Below are positions 1-10,190 of a DNA stretch of 64,000 bases, in pieces. The DNA is from a virus (lineage: Duplodnaviria > Caudoviricetes), in IMG/VR virus record IMGVR_UViG_3300008262_000055. The stretch is one strand, 5' to 3'. The position numbers and the translations under genes are program-made. Within the stretch, counting starts at the first letter, position 1. The number at the start of each line of letters is the position of its first letter. The notes beneath the pieces are model-generated. The model worked only from the letters and a program-made list of their open reading frames with translations. It ran no database searches and was not told the origin of the DNA.

Positions 1-2
1 CT

Positions 3-3000
3 AGTTTAGTTGCTAACATTGATTATAAGATTAATCAAATTGAAGATTATTATGAATTGGGTTATCAAGGAATAGATGATACTGAAAAAGAATTAGCTAG
101 ACATTCTATTGGATATCAAAAACGTGGATATCTAGACGAGTTAGCTCAGGACGAAGTTACACAATTTAGAATTTATCAAGGATTTATTAGAGAAAAGGGA
201 ACAACAAATTCTATTACTAAAATTTTTGATAAACTAAGTTCTTTAGATCAAGATGCTATTGAAATGAATGAAGAGTGGGCATTCTTAATGGGAACATTTG
301 GAGGCTCATCTCAATTTAAAGAATTAGAATTATTATTAAATCAAAAGGATATAAGATTAAATCCTCAACCAATTATTATTGATAGCAGAGGGTTATCAAA
401 ATCAAATTATCAAAATTATATTTTAATAGGATCTAATGATTTTACTATTGGTGGCCCAGAATATACCTTTCCAACAAAATCTTATCCTGTAACCGAATCA
501 TCGGCAGGTTATGTATATTCTGGCGATGTAGACTTTGTAGTAAAAACTAGAACCAACCTATATGCTTTAGATATAACTGAATTAAAAGATGGTTCTAAGG
601 TGTGGGTAACTTTTGATAACCCAGGCTGGTCTGTATTAAGATATACAATTACAGATATTATTATAGGAGCAGTGGCAGTAGTTGATACTACATCGGTTGC
701 TTTAGAGTGTAATAAACCACACGGATTGAAAGTAGATGATATTATAGGAATTAATAATATCAAATACTTAGAAGGATTCTGGAGAGTTAAAGCAGTTGAT
801 CCTAATACAGTAATCATAGAAATAGCTGGATTTGACGAAGAACCAGTTATCGATCAAAGTTCTTTCGCCACAATATCTATTTTTGAAACTTTACGAGTGG
901 GTCAATACAGCGACTTAATTTCTGACAGATTCGCAGCTTATAAAGAAGGAACTAGAGTTTGGTTAGATGACAATGGCGAAGGCAAGTGGGAAGTCTTAGA
1001 AAAGAAAAGAATTTATAAACCTGTTGATGTAGCTAATTATGGTGTAGCATTTCCTACCGGTTCAGGAAAAGATGTTTTATTTTTAGAAGCAAGAAATCAA
1101 ATTATTTCGTCAAATCCTGGTCAAGTGGTACCTGCTGGAGAAGTAATTAGAGAATCAGCAGTGGTTGTCTACGGCCAGAGCGAAGAAGGATTAATTCCTT
1201 TACAGATATTAAATCCTAATTCAAATTTAAGATCAATATTTTTAGGATCTTACGGAGAAGTATTAGCATCGAGTAAAGATGGTCGATGGCTAATGGTAGG
1301 ATCGCCAACTGTTTCTTATATCCCTAGCAATTATAAAGAAGTCTTTAGTCCTACAGCAACATATAATCCGGGCGATACTGTGTTATTTGCTGGTAAATTG
1401 TACCAAGCACAAACCACAGTTGTGGGTGACGGGTCAACGATTAACATAGACAGTCAAGATTGGAAACCAGCTACGGAACATCTTGCTAACCCCTTAGGTA
1501 TAGGATTGTATGACGTTAATCAAGGATACAGACAGCAAGGTGCTTTAGAAATTTTTGAATATGATGAAATTTTCAGCCAATATCAATTAAGACACACAAT
1601 AATAAGCCCACGTCCGGCACACGGAGAAAAATTCTCGTCTACGATTAGTTTATCAAAGAGAGAAGGAATAGAAGGAACCAGCGGAGACGTAACCTTAACA
1701 GTGGCCTCTATAGACAGTGTTGGCGGAATTTTAGAAGTATCTGCTCAAGGAGAAAGCGGTTTAGAAGACGCTAGATTTTCAAACGTCAGCGGATCAGATA
1801 TCAGCTTGCCGGGATCTAATGCTACGTTTGATGTCCAAAAAACTAATAATACCTATAGTGTTTTAGTAAGAACTGGCGGATCTAGATATGCTATAGGTGA
1901 CAGAATAAAAATTACCGGTAGTAATTTATTAGGGCTTACTCCTTTTAATGATTTAATTATAACTGTAGTAGCAGTCACAGCGACTGGGGAAATAGTTGGA
2001 TCGGCAACCTATAATAATATCAAAGGTATTAATTCAATATTGCCTGACGAGGAAGCTACTTTTAGAGTAACTAAATCTGGAAACAGGTACGCAGTCACTC
2101 GCACTAGTGCTGGTAGTGGATATAGCTCAAGAAGTATTGTAAGATACTCTGGTAGATTATATGCTTGTATCAAAGATACTAGAATAGATTTAGGTGTATG
2201 GAATCCTAGCCGAACATACCAACCTGGAGATGTAGTCAAATATCCAGCTAACTCTACAGCATATTACACAGCAACTGGACTAAACACTGGGATCGTTCCT
2301 ACAGATACTTCTAAGTGGGAAAATGCTTTACCAATATTCCCAACTAATCAAGCGTACTGGGAACAGGTGTCTGGTGCTGTGTTTGCCGAAACAGCAGTAG
2401 AATGGTCAGATTTAGATTTAACAGGAAATAAAATTAGATACACCGCAGGGTCTATCATAGTTATTCCTGGCAGCGAGTTAGGTGGCGAAGACGGTGAACA
2501 TAACATTACTATTCGAGTAAATTTAGTTACAGCAAACTCTGCTATTGATAATTTTTCTTTTAGAGGAACTGCGTCGTCGGGAATTATTTGGTCAGGAACT
2601 GCTACTGCTGGCGAAAGACAATTTAACGATCTACAAGGTGAAGATGTTAGCGACCCAGGTCAGGGTGCTATTTTTGATCTTGTAAGAGAGGATGGAAGAT
2701 ATAATGCTATAGTTAATGTAGCAGGCACAAGATACAATGTTGGAGACCAAATAAGAATTTTAGGCAGCACGTTAGGTGGTGTTGAAGAAGCTTATTATAT
2801 GGTAGTGGGTGCTCCAGGATCTAAAGACGATATGGGCCGTAGCTATCTTTATAAATTTGATGGGGTGAGCTGGAAGCATCTTGACGATCCTAATTTTGTA
2901 GGAATATATTCGTCAACAAAAAATTATCCTATAGGATCTAGAGTATGGTATAATTCTGATTATTGGCAAGCATTGTCAAATATACCCGCTGTCCCTAATA

Positions 3001-6000
3001 ATCAACCCGGTGCCGGCGATTGGGAAAAAATTGCGGAGGTTACTAATAGTATACTTCCGCCTTCATTAGCCTATGCTGATGATGGATCTACTATACAACA
3101 ACCCGCCAACGGCGATATAGAATTTTTGAATATCGGCAGCTCTTACGGAACTTTCTCAGCATTTAATAAAGACGGTTCTTTAATGGTAATATCAGCTCCA
3201 GCAAATGATACAGCTAGCTTTGAAAATTTTAAAGGTGTCTGGAGAAACAATATTAATTATCTAGCCGGTGATACTGTAAGACGCGGCACTTTTTATTATA
3301 ACTGTCTAGTAGATAATATTAATTCTATTCCAGAATTTTCTTCATCGACTTGGCAAGAAAACTCAGATTCCACATTAGGGAAAACTGGTTCAGTTTTTGT
3401 ATACGAAAAAACTTCTAATGAAACATTTACTCTTATTCAAACAATAGATAGCGATGAAATTGAATTAGAAGCAGGTGACGAGTTTGGTCACAAAGTAGTA
3501 TTGAATCAAGAAGGTACTCGATTATTTGTATCTGCCCCCAACTTTGATTATCTAGGCAAGGATCAAGGCAGTGTATTTGTTTTTGATAAAACAACCTCTG
3601 GATTTGTTTTAAAACAAAAATTAAATGGCCTAATTATGGAACCTGGAGAAAGGTTTGGGTCTAACGTATCTGTATCACCGGACGGTGTAACTTTAGCTAT
3701 TTCGGCAGAAGGGGCAGCAAGTTATAAGACCACTATATTTGACCGAGGCAATACTGCGTTTGATAGATTCGTAACTAGATTTAGAGACAGTCAAGGAAAA
3801 ACTGGTAAAGTCTATGTGTATACAAATTACACAGGATCTTTTGTATTGTCAGAAATTTTAGATCAGGGATTAAACACTGATGAAGATTTTGGTAGAGGGC
3901 TGTCTGTTTCTAATAATTCTATAATAGTTGGTAGCCCGTCATTTATATCTGAAGATCCTGCGTTCGAAGCTGTTAGGATTGGTAGACTTCAAAAATTTGA
4001 TAAAATACCTAATTCAAAACCTTGGTTCACTATTAAACAACAAGATGATCAAGTAAACATTGATTTGCTTAAGAATTTTTCTTTCTACGATAAATTTAAT
4101 AACGTAAAACTAGCAGATGTTGATATTTTAGATCCTGCTAAAGGAAAAATTTTATCCCTAGCTGATCAGTATATTGATTTTAAAACATCATTTGATCCTG
4201 CGGTTTATTCTGTTGGAACTGAAGAATCTGCTACTGATCCTAAACAATCATGGCAGTTAGATAAAGTTGGCACAATTTGGTGGGACTTATCTGCGGTTAA
4301 ATGGGCGTTATACGAACAAAACTCTTTATCTTTTAGAAACGGAAACTGGGGTTCTACAGCAGTTGGTAGTAGCGTAGATGTTTATGAATGGGTTGAAAGT
4401 TCTTACAGTCCCAGCGAGTGGAATGCTCTTACCGGAACTACTGAAGGATTTTCGTTAGGAATAACTGGAACAGCCCGATATGGTGATGATACTAATTACA
4501 GTGTCAAAACTAATTTTGATACTATTACAGGATTGCCATCTGGATCAATGTATTATTATTGGGTAAAAAATAAAACTACTGTACCAGAAGATTTAGATAG
4601 AGACCTCAGTGCTAATCAAATAGCCAATTACATTTCAGCTCCTTCATCTGCTGGGATACCTTATGCTTTATTAACCTCTAAAAACACATTTAGTTTAGTA
4701 AATTTCAACAGTGTAATAGACGACGATGAATTTTTAGTTAATATACAATTTTATGATCAAGAAAAAGAAATTAATCTAATTCACAATGAGTATCAACTAT
4801 TAGCTGAAGGCACAATACAAGTACCTAATTTAGAATTAGAAAATAAATGGATTGACAGTCTAATAGGTGAGGACATTGCTGGACAAGCTGTTCCAGATAG
4901 AAAATTGCCAGTAAAATTAAGATACGGCATTTCTTCTAGACCAAGACAGTCAATGTTCATAAACAGGAATAAGGCTGTTAGTTTAATAATTGATTATGTT
5001 AACGATATTCTAAAGAAAAAACCATTTGCTGAGATAATAGACTATGGCAATCTTAATTTACAAGATGAAAAACCTGCGTTAACAAAAAATCTCTATGACC
5101 AAGTATTAGAAACTGAAAAAGAATTAAGATTTATTGCTACTTCTAAAATTAAAACAGCAAAACTTAAAGCAAACATAGTAAATGGTCACATTAACACTGT
5201 AGATGTTATTGATGGCGGGTACGGATATAAAACCGCACCTGATATAAAAATTCTTGGTTCGGGGTCTGGGGCAAAATTTAAACCAACCCTAGATAATAGA
5301 GGATCTATAACTTCTGTAGAAGTAATAAATCAAGGAAAAAAATATCTAACTGCTAACTTAATAGTTAGACCATTTTCTGTTCTTGTTTCACAAGATTCTA
5401 GTGTAAACAATTTTTGGAGCATTTATTCTCTAGATGAAAAAAATAAAGAATTTTATAGAACAGCTACACAGTCCTTTGATACTAAAAACTTTTGGAAAAA
5501 GGTTGATTGGTGGCTACAACCATTTAATGAAAAATCTAAAATTAAAAAAACCATTGCTGGTCTTTATGAAGAAGCTAGTGTAGATCTAGCAATTGGTGAT
5601 TTATTAAGATTAGAAAATTATGGAATTGGTGGTTGGGCTGTTCTTGAAAGAGTCAATGCCACCGATGCTGACATAAGCGGAAAATATAAATTAGTAGGAA
5701 GAAAATTAGGTACTATTCAAATTATTAACGGTTTTTATAATACTGATGTTGAATCTACAGGATACGACTTAAGCCAAGCCTTTGATAGTAACAAATACGA
5801 TAGTTCGGCATCTATTGAATTTAGAAATATCTTAAAAGCTGTAAAAGAAGATATTTTTAAAGAAGACTTATCTGTAGAGTGGAATAAACTTTTCTTTGTA
5901 AGTTTACGATACGTATTTTCAGAACAACTGTATGTTGATTGGGCATTTAAAACTAGTTTCTTAAATGCTGTACATAACGTTGGTATTCTTGAACAAAAAT

Positions 6001-9000
6001 TGAATTATAAAAACGATAATCTTTCTAGTTATCAATCTTATATTGAAGAAGTAAAACCTTATAGAACTAAAATTAGAAACTATATCAGTAAGTATTTCAA
6101 TGTTGAATTAGCTAATCAATTAACTACTGATTTTGATTTACCACCCGTGTGGAATCCCGAAACTTCATCTATTGATGTTATTGGTAGTAATTCTAACCAA
6201 TTATCTCAATATCCGTGGAAGCTTTGGGTTGATAATAATCATTATTCTGTTGTAGATATTAAGATAGTAAGCCCGGGAAAAAATTATTCTTCTGTGCCTC
6301 AAATTATATTTGATGGTGGAAATGGAACAGGTGCTCAAGCCCAAGCATATATTTCAAACGGCAAAATTTCTAAGATTGTAGTTACTAATCCGGGTAGTGG
6401 TTATATTTCTGCTCCTACTGTTATGATCGTGGGTGGTGTAGGCAGCGAAATACAAAATGCTGCTCGTGCTGTGGCTATCATTGGGGATTCAAAAGTTAGA
6501 ACTTTTGATATGAAGATGAAGTTTGATAGAATTTCTAAAACTCCTAAGTTTAAATCTTACAGTTTCAACGAAAAGTTTATAGAAATTGAAACATTCAACG
6601 CTTCAGCAAAACAAACAACTTATAAATTAAAATATCCTTTATCCTTAGATAAATCTACAATCACAGTAACATTAGACGGATCTAGATTATTGTCTAGTCA
6701 ATATTCTGTAACATTAACTGAAGAATTAATTAATTCTAAAACAGAACTCATTGGAAGATTAATTCTTAATTCTGCTCCTGACGAGGCAAGTATAGTTGTT
6801 ATTGAATATCAGAAAAACAATGAAATACTAGATAGTCTAAACAGAATAGACAAATACTATAAACCTAAAGACGGACAGTTAGGTGTAGAAAAAATTAGAA
6901 TTGATGATACTGAAGGCAGCGAAGTAGTTTCTGATTATTCTCAGTTAATCACAGGTATTGATTACGGCGGCACTATTGTTCAAGGAGCCACTTTTGACAT
7001 TGGTGCGGGCTGGGATGCTCTACCTTGGTTTACTGAAGGATGGGATAGTTCCGAAGTTAACGAAACTGATTTCTACTTCCTAGTTGACGGAAGCACTACT
7101 TCGGTGTTATTACCCGAGGTTCCTAAACAAGGCATAGACATCAATATCTACGTTAAAAGAGTAACTACAGGAAAAACAGTAAGATTAGATTTTGAAACTT
7201 ATAATGAATATCAGTTAGGTGATAGTTCTTATAGTGGTGAAGTTCCGCCCGAAACAGCAATAATGAATACATTTGTTGGCGACGGTTCTACAGCATCAAT
7301 AATAATTCCTCAAGCAGCAAATTTAGAATCTGGAGATTTATTAATCTTCCGTCCATCTACCAGCGATGGCAGTTTAGTTATTGGCGGACGTAACAGCATA
7401 GACGCTTATATATCAGGCGGCTCTTTATCGGGAATGTCGGCATATTCGACTGCTACAGGAACCACTGCTGCTGAGATAGTACTTGACGGGGATAGACTTA
7501 TTAGTCCTGAACAAGTTCCTGCTCCTGAAGAAAATGTTCCAGGTCAGGTCTTGGAAGCATTGAGCATCAAGGTGTTTCATTCTTCAAGAAGCGGCTCTTC
7601 GGCTGTTAAATCTAAAATTTATATAGCTGACGGAAATACTGTTATTTTTGATATAGGACAAAAAATAATTGAAAAAACAAATATACTTGTATTTGTAGAT
7701 AAGTTTAAAAAGGATATCGATACAGAGTTTGTTATATTGTCAGAAAATAATTCTATTAGATTTATTGGAACAATACCTACTGCTGGTTCTGTTATTGAAA
7801 TTTTCACTATGGGAACAGGCGGCAAGGGAATATTAGACTATAGAGAATTTACCGGCACAGGCAACGATAGATATTTTATTACAGGGGCATCATTTAACGA
7901 AACGGTTACAGTATTTGCTAGTGTGGATAATCAGCCAGTTGATGTTGGATTTATTAATAGTGCTCAACTTACTGACACTCAAGATAAAACTCTTGTAGAA
8001 TTTGGAGTAGCACCTACCGAAGGTTCTAGAATAGTATTAATAGCTTTGAATACAGACCAACGCCCGTTAGTTAAAATTAATCATGTTGAAATACCCCTTG
8101 ACGAAGCAATTAAAGAATATGCTATACCGACTTTTAGCGGATTAGATATTGATCCAGCTGGCGACATGTTGGTAGAAATAAATGGTGAATTATTACGAAC
8201 TGTTGAAACAACCTATAAGATTTATGACGGAAACAATAATATACAAATAGGTGTTGATACTCCGAGAGATCCAGGAACAGTTATTTTTACTGATTTAAAA
8301 GTATTTGTTGATAATCAACTAAAAACATTTGGTATTGATTTTACATTTACGTCTGAAAACAACACAGTTACTTTTATTAAACCAATAACACTAGGAGCTG
8401 TTATACGTATAGAAGATTCGTCTGGTAGACAATATTCTATAGCAGATACAAATATTGTTTTAGAGCAGTTTACAGAATACTCAACTGGCGATACTTTATC
8501 TATAACTTGGTTTGAAAGATATACAGAATTAGATATTGTTAAAGATGAATTTAATGGCGGAAAAGTTAGTTTCTCTTTACAAAGACCTCTAATAGGAATT
8601 TCATATGTATGGGTATACAAGAACGGTATTCGACTAACGCCCGACATTGACTTTTATGTAGAATTACCAAGGGCTATATATCTAAGACAAGAAACAACTG
8701 AATCTGATATAATTGAAACTATTAGTTTTGGAGATCGTTTATACAAGCAGCCGTTATCTTTTGAAATATTCAAAGATGTGCTGAATAGAAATCATTACAA
8801 CAGATACAGAGTACTTGATCTAAAACTTGATAAAGATTTTAACTATTTTGATAATGAAATTACGCTTGTAGATGCTAGTCCGTTAGCAAGTCCATCAAAA
8901 GATCAGCCAGGTATAATAACTATACAGGGAGAAAAAATTCAGTACTACGAAAAAATTGGAAATGTGCTAAAAAATATTAGAAGAGGACTTTTTGGAACTG

Positions 9001-9515
9001 CTATTAGAGCAGTCTACCCAAAAAATACTCTTGTAGTTGATACTGGTTTCTTAGAGTTTATTCCTTATCAAGAAGCACAAGAAAAAGAAGATTTTATTTC
9101 GGACGGTACATCCCTATTAGTAGGGCCTTTAAATTTCCTACCAGGAAAAGCTAATATCAGTAACTGGTACAGAAATACTATTCCTACAAACTTTGGAAGA
9201 TGTGATCAGATTGAAGTTTTTGTGGGTGGAAGAAGACTTCGAAAAGATGCTACTAAAATTTATGATTCTACAGTAGGTGCTTATAGCCCTGCGGGAGATA
9301 TTGACATAGAAGCAGAATTTTCCGTAGACGGAATTAATGAAAACATAAGATTGACATACCCAGTTCCAGCAGGAACACGTATTACAGTTATCCGCAGACA
9401 AGGTAGATTGTGGTATGATAGGGGAGCATCGACTGCTACAACCGGCCAAGGACTCAGCTATAGTAATACCGCTATCGCTAAGTTCTTACAAAATAGCAGT
9501 ACAAAATTACCATAA
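3..9515 (+). CDS. Giant virion structural protein (baseplate/tail-associated), 5'-truncated by the window edge
   Basis: The frame is open from base 3 (SLVANIDYKINQIEDYYELGYQG), so the TTG at 57 is not the true start; >3150 aa. FG-GAP-like beta-propeller motifs (FGHKVVLN..LFVSAP, ERFGSNVSVSPDG, DFGRGLSVS..IIVGSP), short W/Y carbohydrate-binding-like modules (WNPSRTYQPGDVVKY, WRNNINYLAGDTVRR), VI.GG.GY repeats. Confidence 0.8.
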   Translation, partial: SLVANIDYKINQIEDYYELGYQGIDDTEKELARHSIGYQKRGYLDELAQDEVTQFRIYQGFIREKGTTNSITKIFDKLSSLDQDAIEMNEEWAFLMGTFGGSSQFKELELLLNQKDIRLNPQPIIIDSRGLSKSNYQNYILIGSNDFTIGGPEYTFPTKSYPVTESSAGYVYSGDVDFVVKTRTNLYALDITELKDGSKVWVTFDNPGWSVLRYTITDIIIGAVAVVDTTSVALECNKPHGLKVDDIIGINNIKYLEGFWRVKAVDPNTVIIEIAGFDEEPVIDQSSFATISIFETLRVGQYSDLISDRFAAYKEGTRVWLDDNGEGKWEVLEKKRIYKPVDVANYGVAFPTGSGKDVLFLEARNQIISSNPGQVVPAGEVIRESAVVVYGQSEEGLIPLQILNPNSNLRSIFLGSYGEVLASSKDGRWLMVGSPTVSYIPSNYKEVFSPTATYNPGDTVLFAGKLYQAQTTVVGDGSTINIDSQDWKPATEHLANPLGIGLYDVNQGYRQQGALEIFEYDEIFSQYQLRHTIISPRPAHGEKFSSTISLSKREGIEGTSGDVTLTVASIDSVGGILEVSAQGESGLEDARFSNVSGSDISLPGSNATFDVQKTNNTYSVLVRTGGSRYAIGDRIKITGSNLLGLTPFNDLIITVVAVTATGEIVGSATYNNIKGINSILPDEEATFRVTKSGNRYAVTRTSAGSGYSSRSIVRYSGRLYACIKDTRIDLGVWNPSRTYQPGDVVKYPANSTAYYTATGLNTGIVPTDTSKWENALPIFPTNQAYWEQVSGAVFAETAVEWSDLDLTGNKIRYTAGSIIVIPGSELGGEDGEHNITIRVNLVTANSAIDNFSFRGTASSGIIWSGTATAGERQFNDLQGEDVSDPGQGAIFDLVREDGRYNAIVNVAGTRYNVGDQIRILGSTLGGVEEAYYMVVGAPGSKDDMGRSYLYKFDGVSWKHLDDPNFVGIYSSTKNYPIGSRVWYNSDYWQALSNIPAVPNNQPGAGDWEKIAEVTNSILPPSLAYADDGSTIQQPANGDIEFLNIGSSYGTFSAFNKDGSLMVISAPANDTASFENFKGVWRNNINYLAGDTVRRGTFYYNCLVDNINSIPEFSSSTWQENSDSTLGKTGSVFVYEKTSNETFTLIQTIDSDEIELEAGDEFGHKVVLNQEGTRLFVSAPNFDYLGKDQGSVFVFDKTTSGFVLKQKLNGLIMEPGERFGSNVSVSPDGVTLAISAEGAASYKTTIFDRGNTAFDRFVTRFRDSQGKTGKVYVYTNYTGSFVLSEILDQGLNTDEDFGRGLSVSNNSIIVGSPSFISEDPAFEAVRIGRLQKFDKIPNSKPWFTIKQQDDQVNIDLLKNFSFYDKFNNVKLADVDILDPAKGKILSLADQYIDFKTSFDPAVYSVGTEESATDPKQSWQLDKVGTIWWDLSAVKWALYEQNSLSFRNGNWGSTAVGSSVDVYEWVESSYSPSEWNALTGTTEGFSLGITGTARYGDDTNYSVKTNFDTITGLPSGSMYYYWVKNKTTVPEDLDRDLSANQIANYISAPSSAGIPYALLTSKNTFSLVNFNSVIDDDEFLVNIQFYDQEKEINLIHNEYQLLAEGTIQVPNLELENKWIDSLIGEDIAGQAVPDRKLPVKLRYGISSRPRQSMFINRNKAVSLIIDYVNDILKKKPFAEIIDYGNLNLQDEKPALTKNLYDQVLETEKELRFIATSKIKTAKLKANIVNGHINTVDVIDGGYGYKTAPDIKILGSGSGAKFKPTLDNRGSITSVEVINQGKKYLTANLIVRPFSVLVSQDSSVNNFWSIYSLDEKNKEFYRTATQSFDTKNFWKKVDWWLQPFNEKSKIKKTIAGLYEEASVDLAIGDLLRLENYGIGGWAVLERVNATDADISGKYKLVGRKLGTIQIINGFYNTDVESTGYDLSQAFDSNKYDSSASIEFRNILKAVKEDIFKEDLSVEWNKLFFVSLRYVFSEQLYVDWAFKTSFLNAVHNVGILEQKLNYKNDNLSSYQSYIEEVKPYRTKIRNYISKYFNVELANQLTTDFDLPPVWNPETSSIDVIGSNSNQLSQYPWKLWVDNNHYSVVDIKIVSPGKNYSSVPQIIFDGGNGTGAQAQAYISNGKISKIVVTNPGSGYISAPTVMIVGGVGSEIQNAARAVAIIGDSKVRTFDMKMKFDRISKTPKFKSYSFNEKFIEIETFNASAKQTTYKLKYPLSLDKSTITVTLDGSRLLSSQYSVTLTEELINSKTELIGRLILNSAPDEASIVVIEYQKNNEILDSLNRIDKYYKPKDGQLGVEKIRIDDTEGSEVVSDYSQLITGIDYGGTIVQGATFDIGAGWDALPWFTEGWDSSEVNETDFYFLVDGSTTSVLLPEVPKQGIDINIYVKRVTTGKTVRLDFETYNEYQLGDSSYSGEVPPETAIMNTFVGDGSTASIIIPQAANLESGDLLIFRPSTSDGSLVIGGRNSIDAYISGGSLSGMSAYSTATGTTAAEIVLDGDRLISPEQVPAPEENVPGQVLEALSIKVFHSSRSGSSAVKSKIYIADGNTVIFDIGQKIIEKTNILVFVDKFKKDIDTEFVILSENNSIRFIGTIPTAGSVIEIFTMGTGGKGILDYREFTGTGNDRYFITGASFNETVTVFASVDNQPVDVGFINSAQLTDTQDKTLVEFGVAPTEGSRIVLIALNTDQRPLVKINHVEIPLDEAIKEYAIPTFSGLDIDPAGDMLVEINGELLRTVETTYKIYDGNNNIQIGVDTPRDPGTVIFTDLKVFVDNQLKTFGIDFTFTSENNTVTFIKPITLGAVIRIEDSSGRQYSIADTNIVLEQFTEYSTGDTLSITWFERYTELDIVKDEFNGGKVSFSLQRPLIGISYVWVYKNGIRLTPDIDFYVELPRAIYLRQETTESDIIETISFGDRLYKQPLSFEIFKDVLNRNHYNRYRVLDLKLDKDFNYFDNEITLVDASPLASPSKDQPGIITIQGEKIQYYEKIGNVLKNIRRGLFGTAIRAVYPKNTLVVDTGFLEFIPYQEAQEKEDFISDGTSLLVGPLNFLPGKANISNWYRNTIPTNFGRCDQIEVFVGGRRLRKDATKIYDSTVGAYSPAGDIDIEAEFSVDGINENIRLTYPVPAGTRITVIRRQGRLWYDRGASTATTGQGLSYSNTAIAKFLQNSSTKLP

Positions 9516-9521
9516 TAAATA
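9515..9521 (+). promoter_or_regulatory. T4-like late promoter core (ATAAATA)
   Basis: ATAAATA lies 7 nt upstream of the 9528 ATG. T4 late promoters have the consensus TATAAATA. Confidence 0.6.
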
Positions 9522-9527
9522 CATGAT

Positions 9528-10190
9528 ATGAATAAAGACGAGTCAAACACTATGCTAGAACAACCAACACAACAGCAACCTTACGATAAAAAACCAGACG
9601 AAACTGGCGGTTTTCACGTAGAAGGGCATATAAAGATTTTTGATCCAGAAAATGGAGAGATTTTTATTGATAAAAGAAACGCTATCCACTATGAAAATAT
9701 GAGTGTTGCTATGGCACAATCATTATCTAACCAGTTACAGGGGTGGATATCAGAAATGGTATTTGGCAACGGAGGAACTGTTGTAGACCCTACCGGACTA
9801 ATTACCTATCTAACTCCAAACACTAACGGAACTAATTCAAGTCTTTATTCTCAAACATACAGTAAAGTAGTAGACCAAAACTCTGCTACAAACAACGATC
9901 CTGTTAGGAATAAAATGGAAATTCGCCATGTAACTGGTGCTACCTATACAGACATTGTTGTATCATGTCTATTAGATTATGGTGAGCCAGAAAATCAAGA
10001 AGCATTTGACAATTCTGTAGATATGGCAGGCGATTTTGTTTTTGATGAATTAGGTTTAAAAGCTGCCGGAACAGGCAAATTGCTAACACATGTTATATTC
10101 CATCCTGTACAAAAATCTTTAAATCGATTAATACAGATTGATTATACTATTAGAATACAGAGCCTAACAGGCTTTACTGAGGTACAATAA
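9528..10190 (+). CDS. Putative baseplate/tail structural protein
   Basis: 220 aa ORF between the giant protein and the first fibre gene. Beta-rich (GHIKIFD, FDELGL, IDYTIRIQ). Function inferred from position. Confidence 0.55.
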   Translation: MNKDESNTMLEQPTQQQPYDKKPDETGGFHVEGHIKIFDPENGEIFIDKRNAIHYENMSVAMAQSLSNQLQGWISEMVFGNGGTVVDPTGLITYLTPNTNGTNSSLYSQTYSKVVDQNSATNNDPVRNKMEIRHVTGATYTDIVVSCLLDYGEPENQEAFDNSVDMAGDFVFDELGLKAAGTGKLLTHVIFHPVQKSLNRLIQIDYTIRIQSLTGFTEVQ

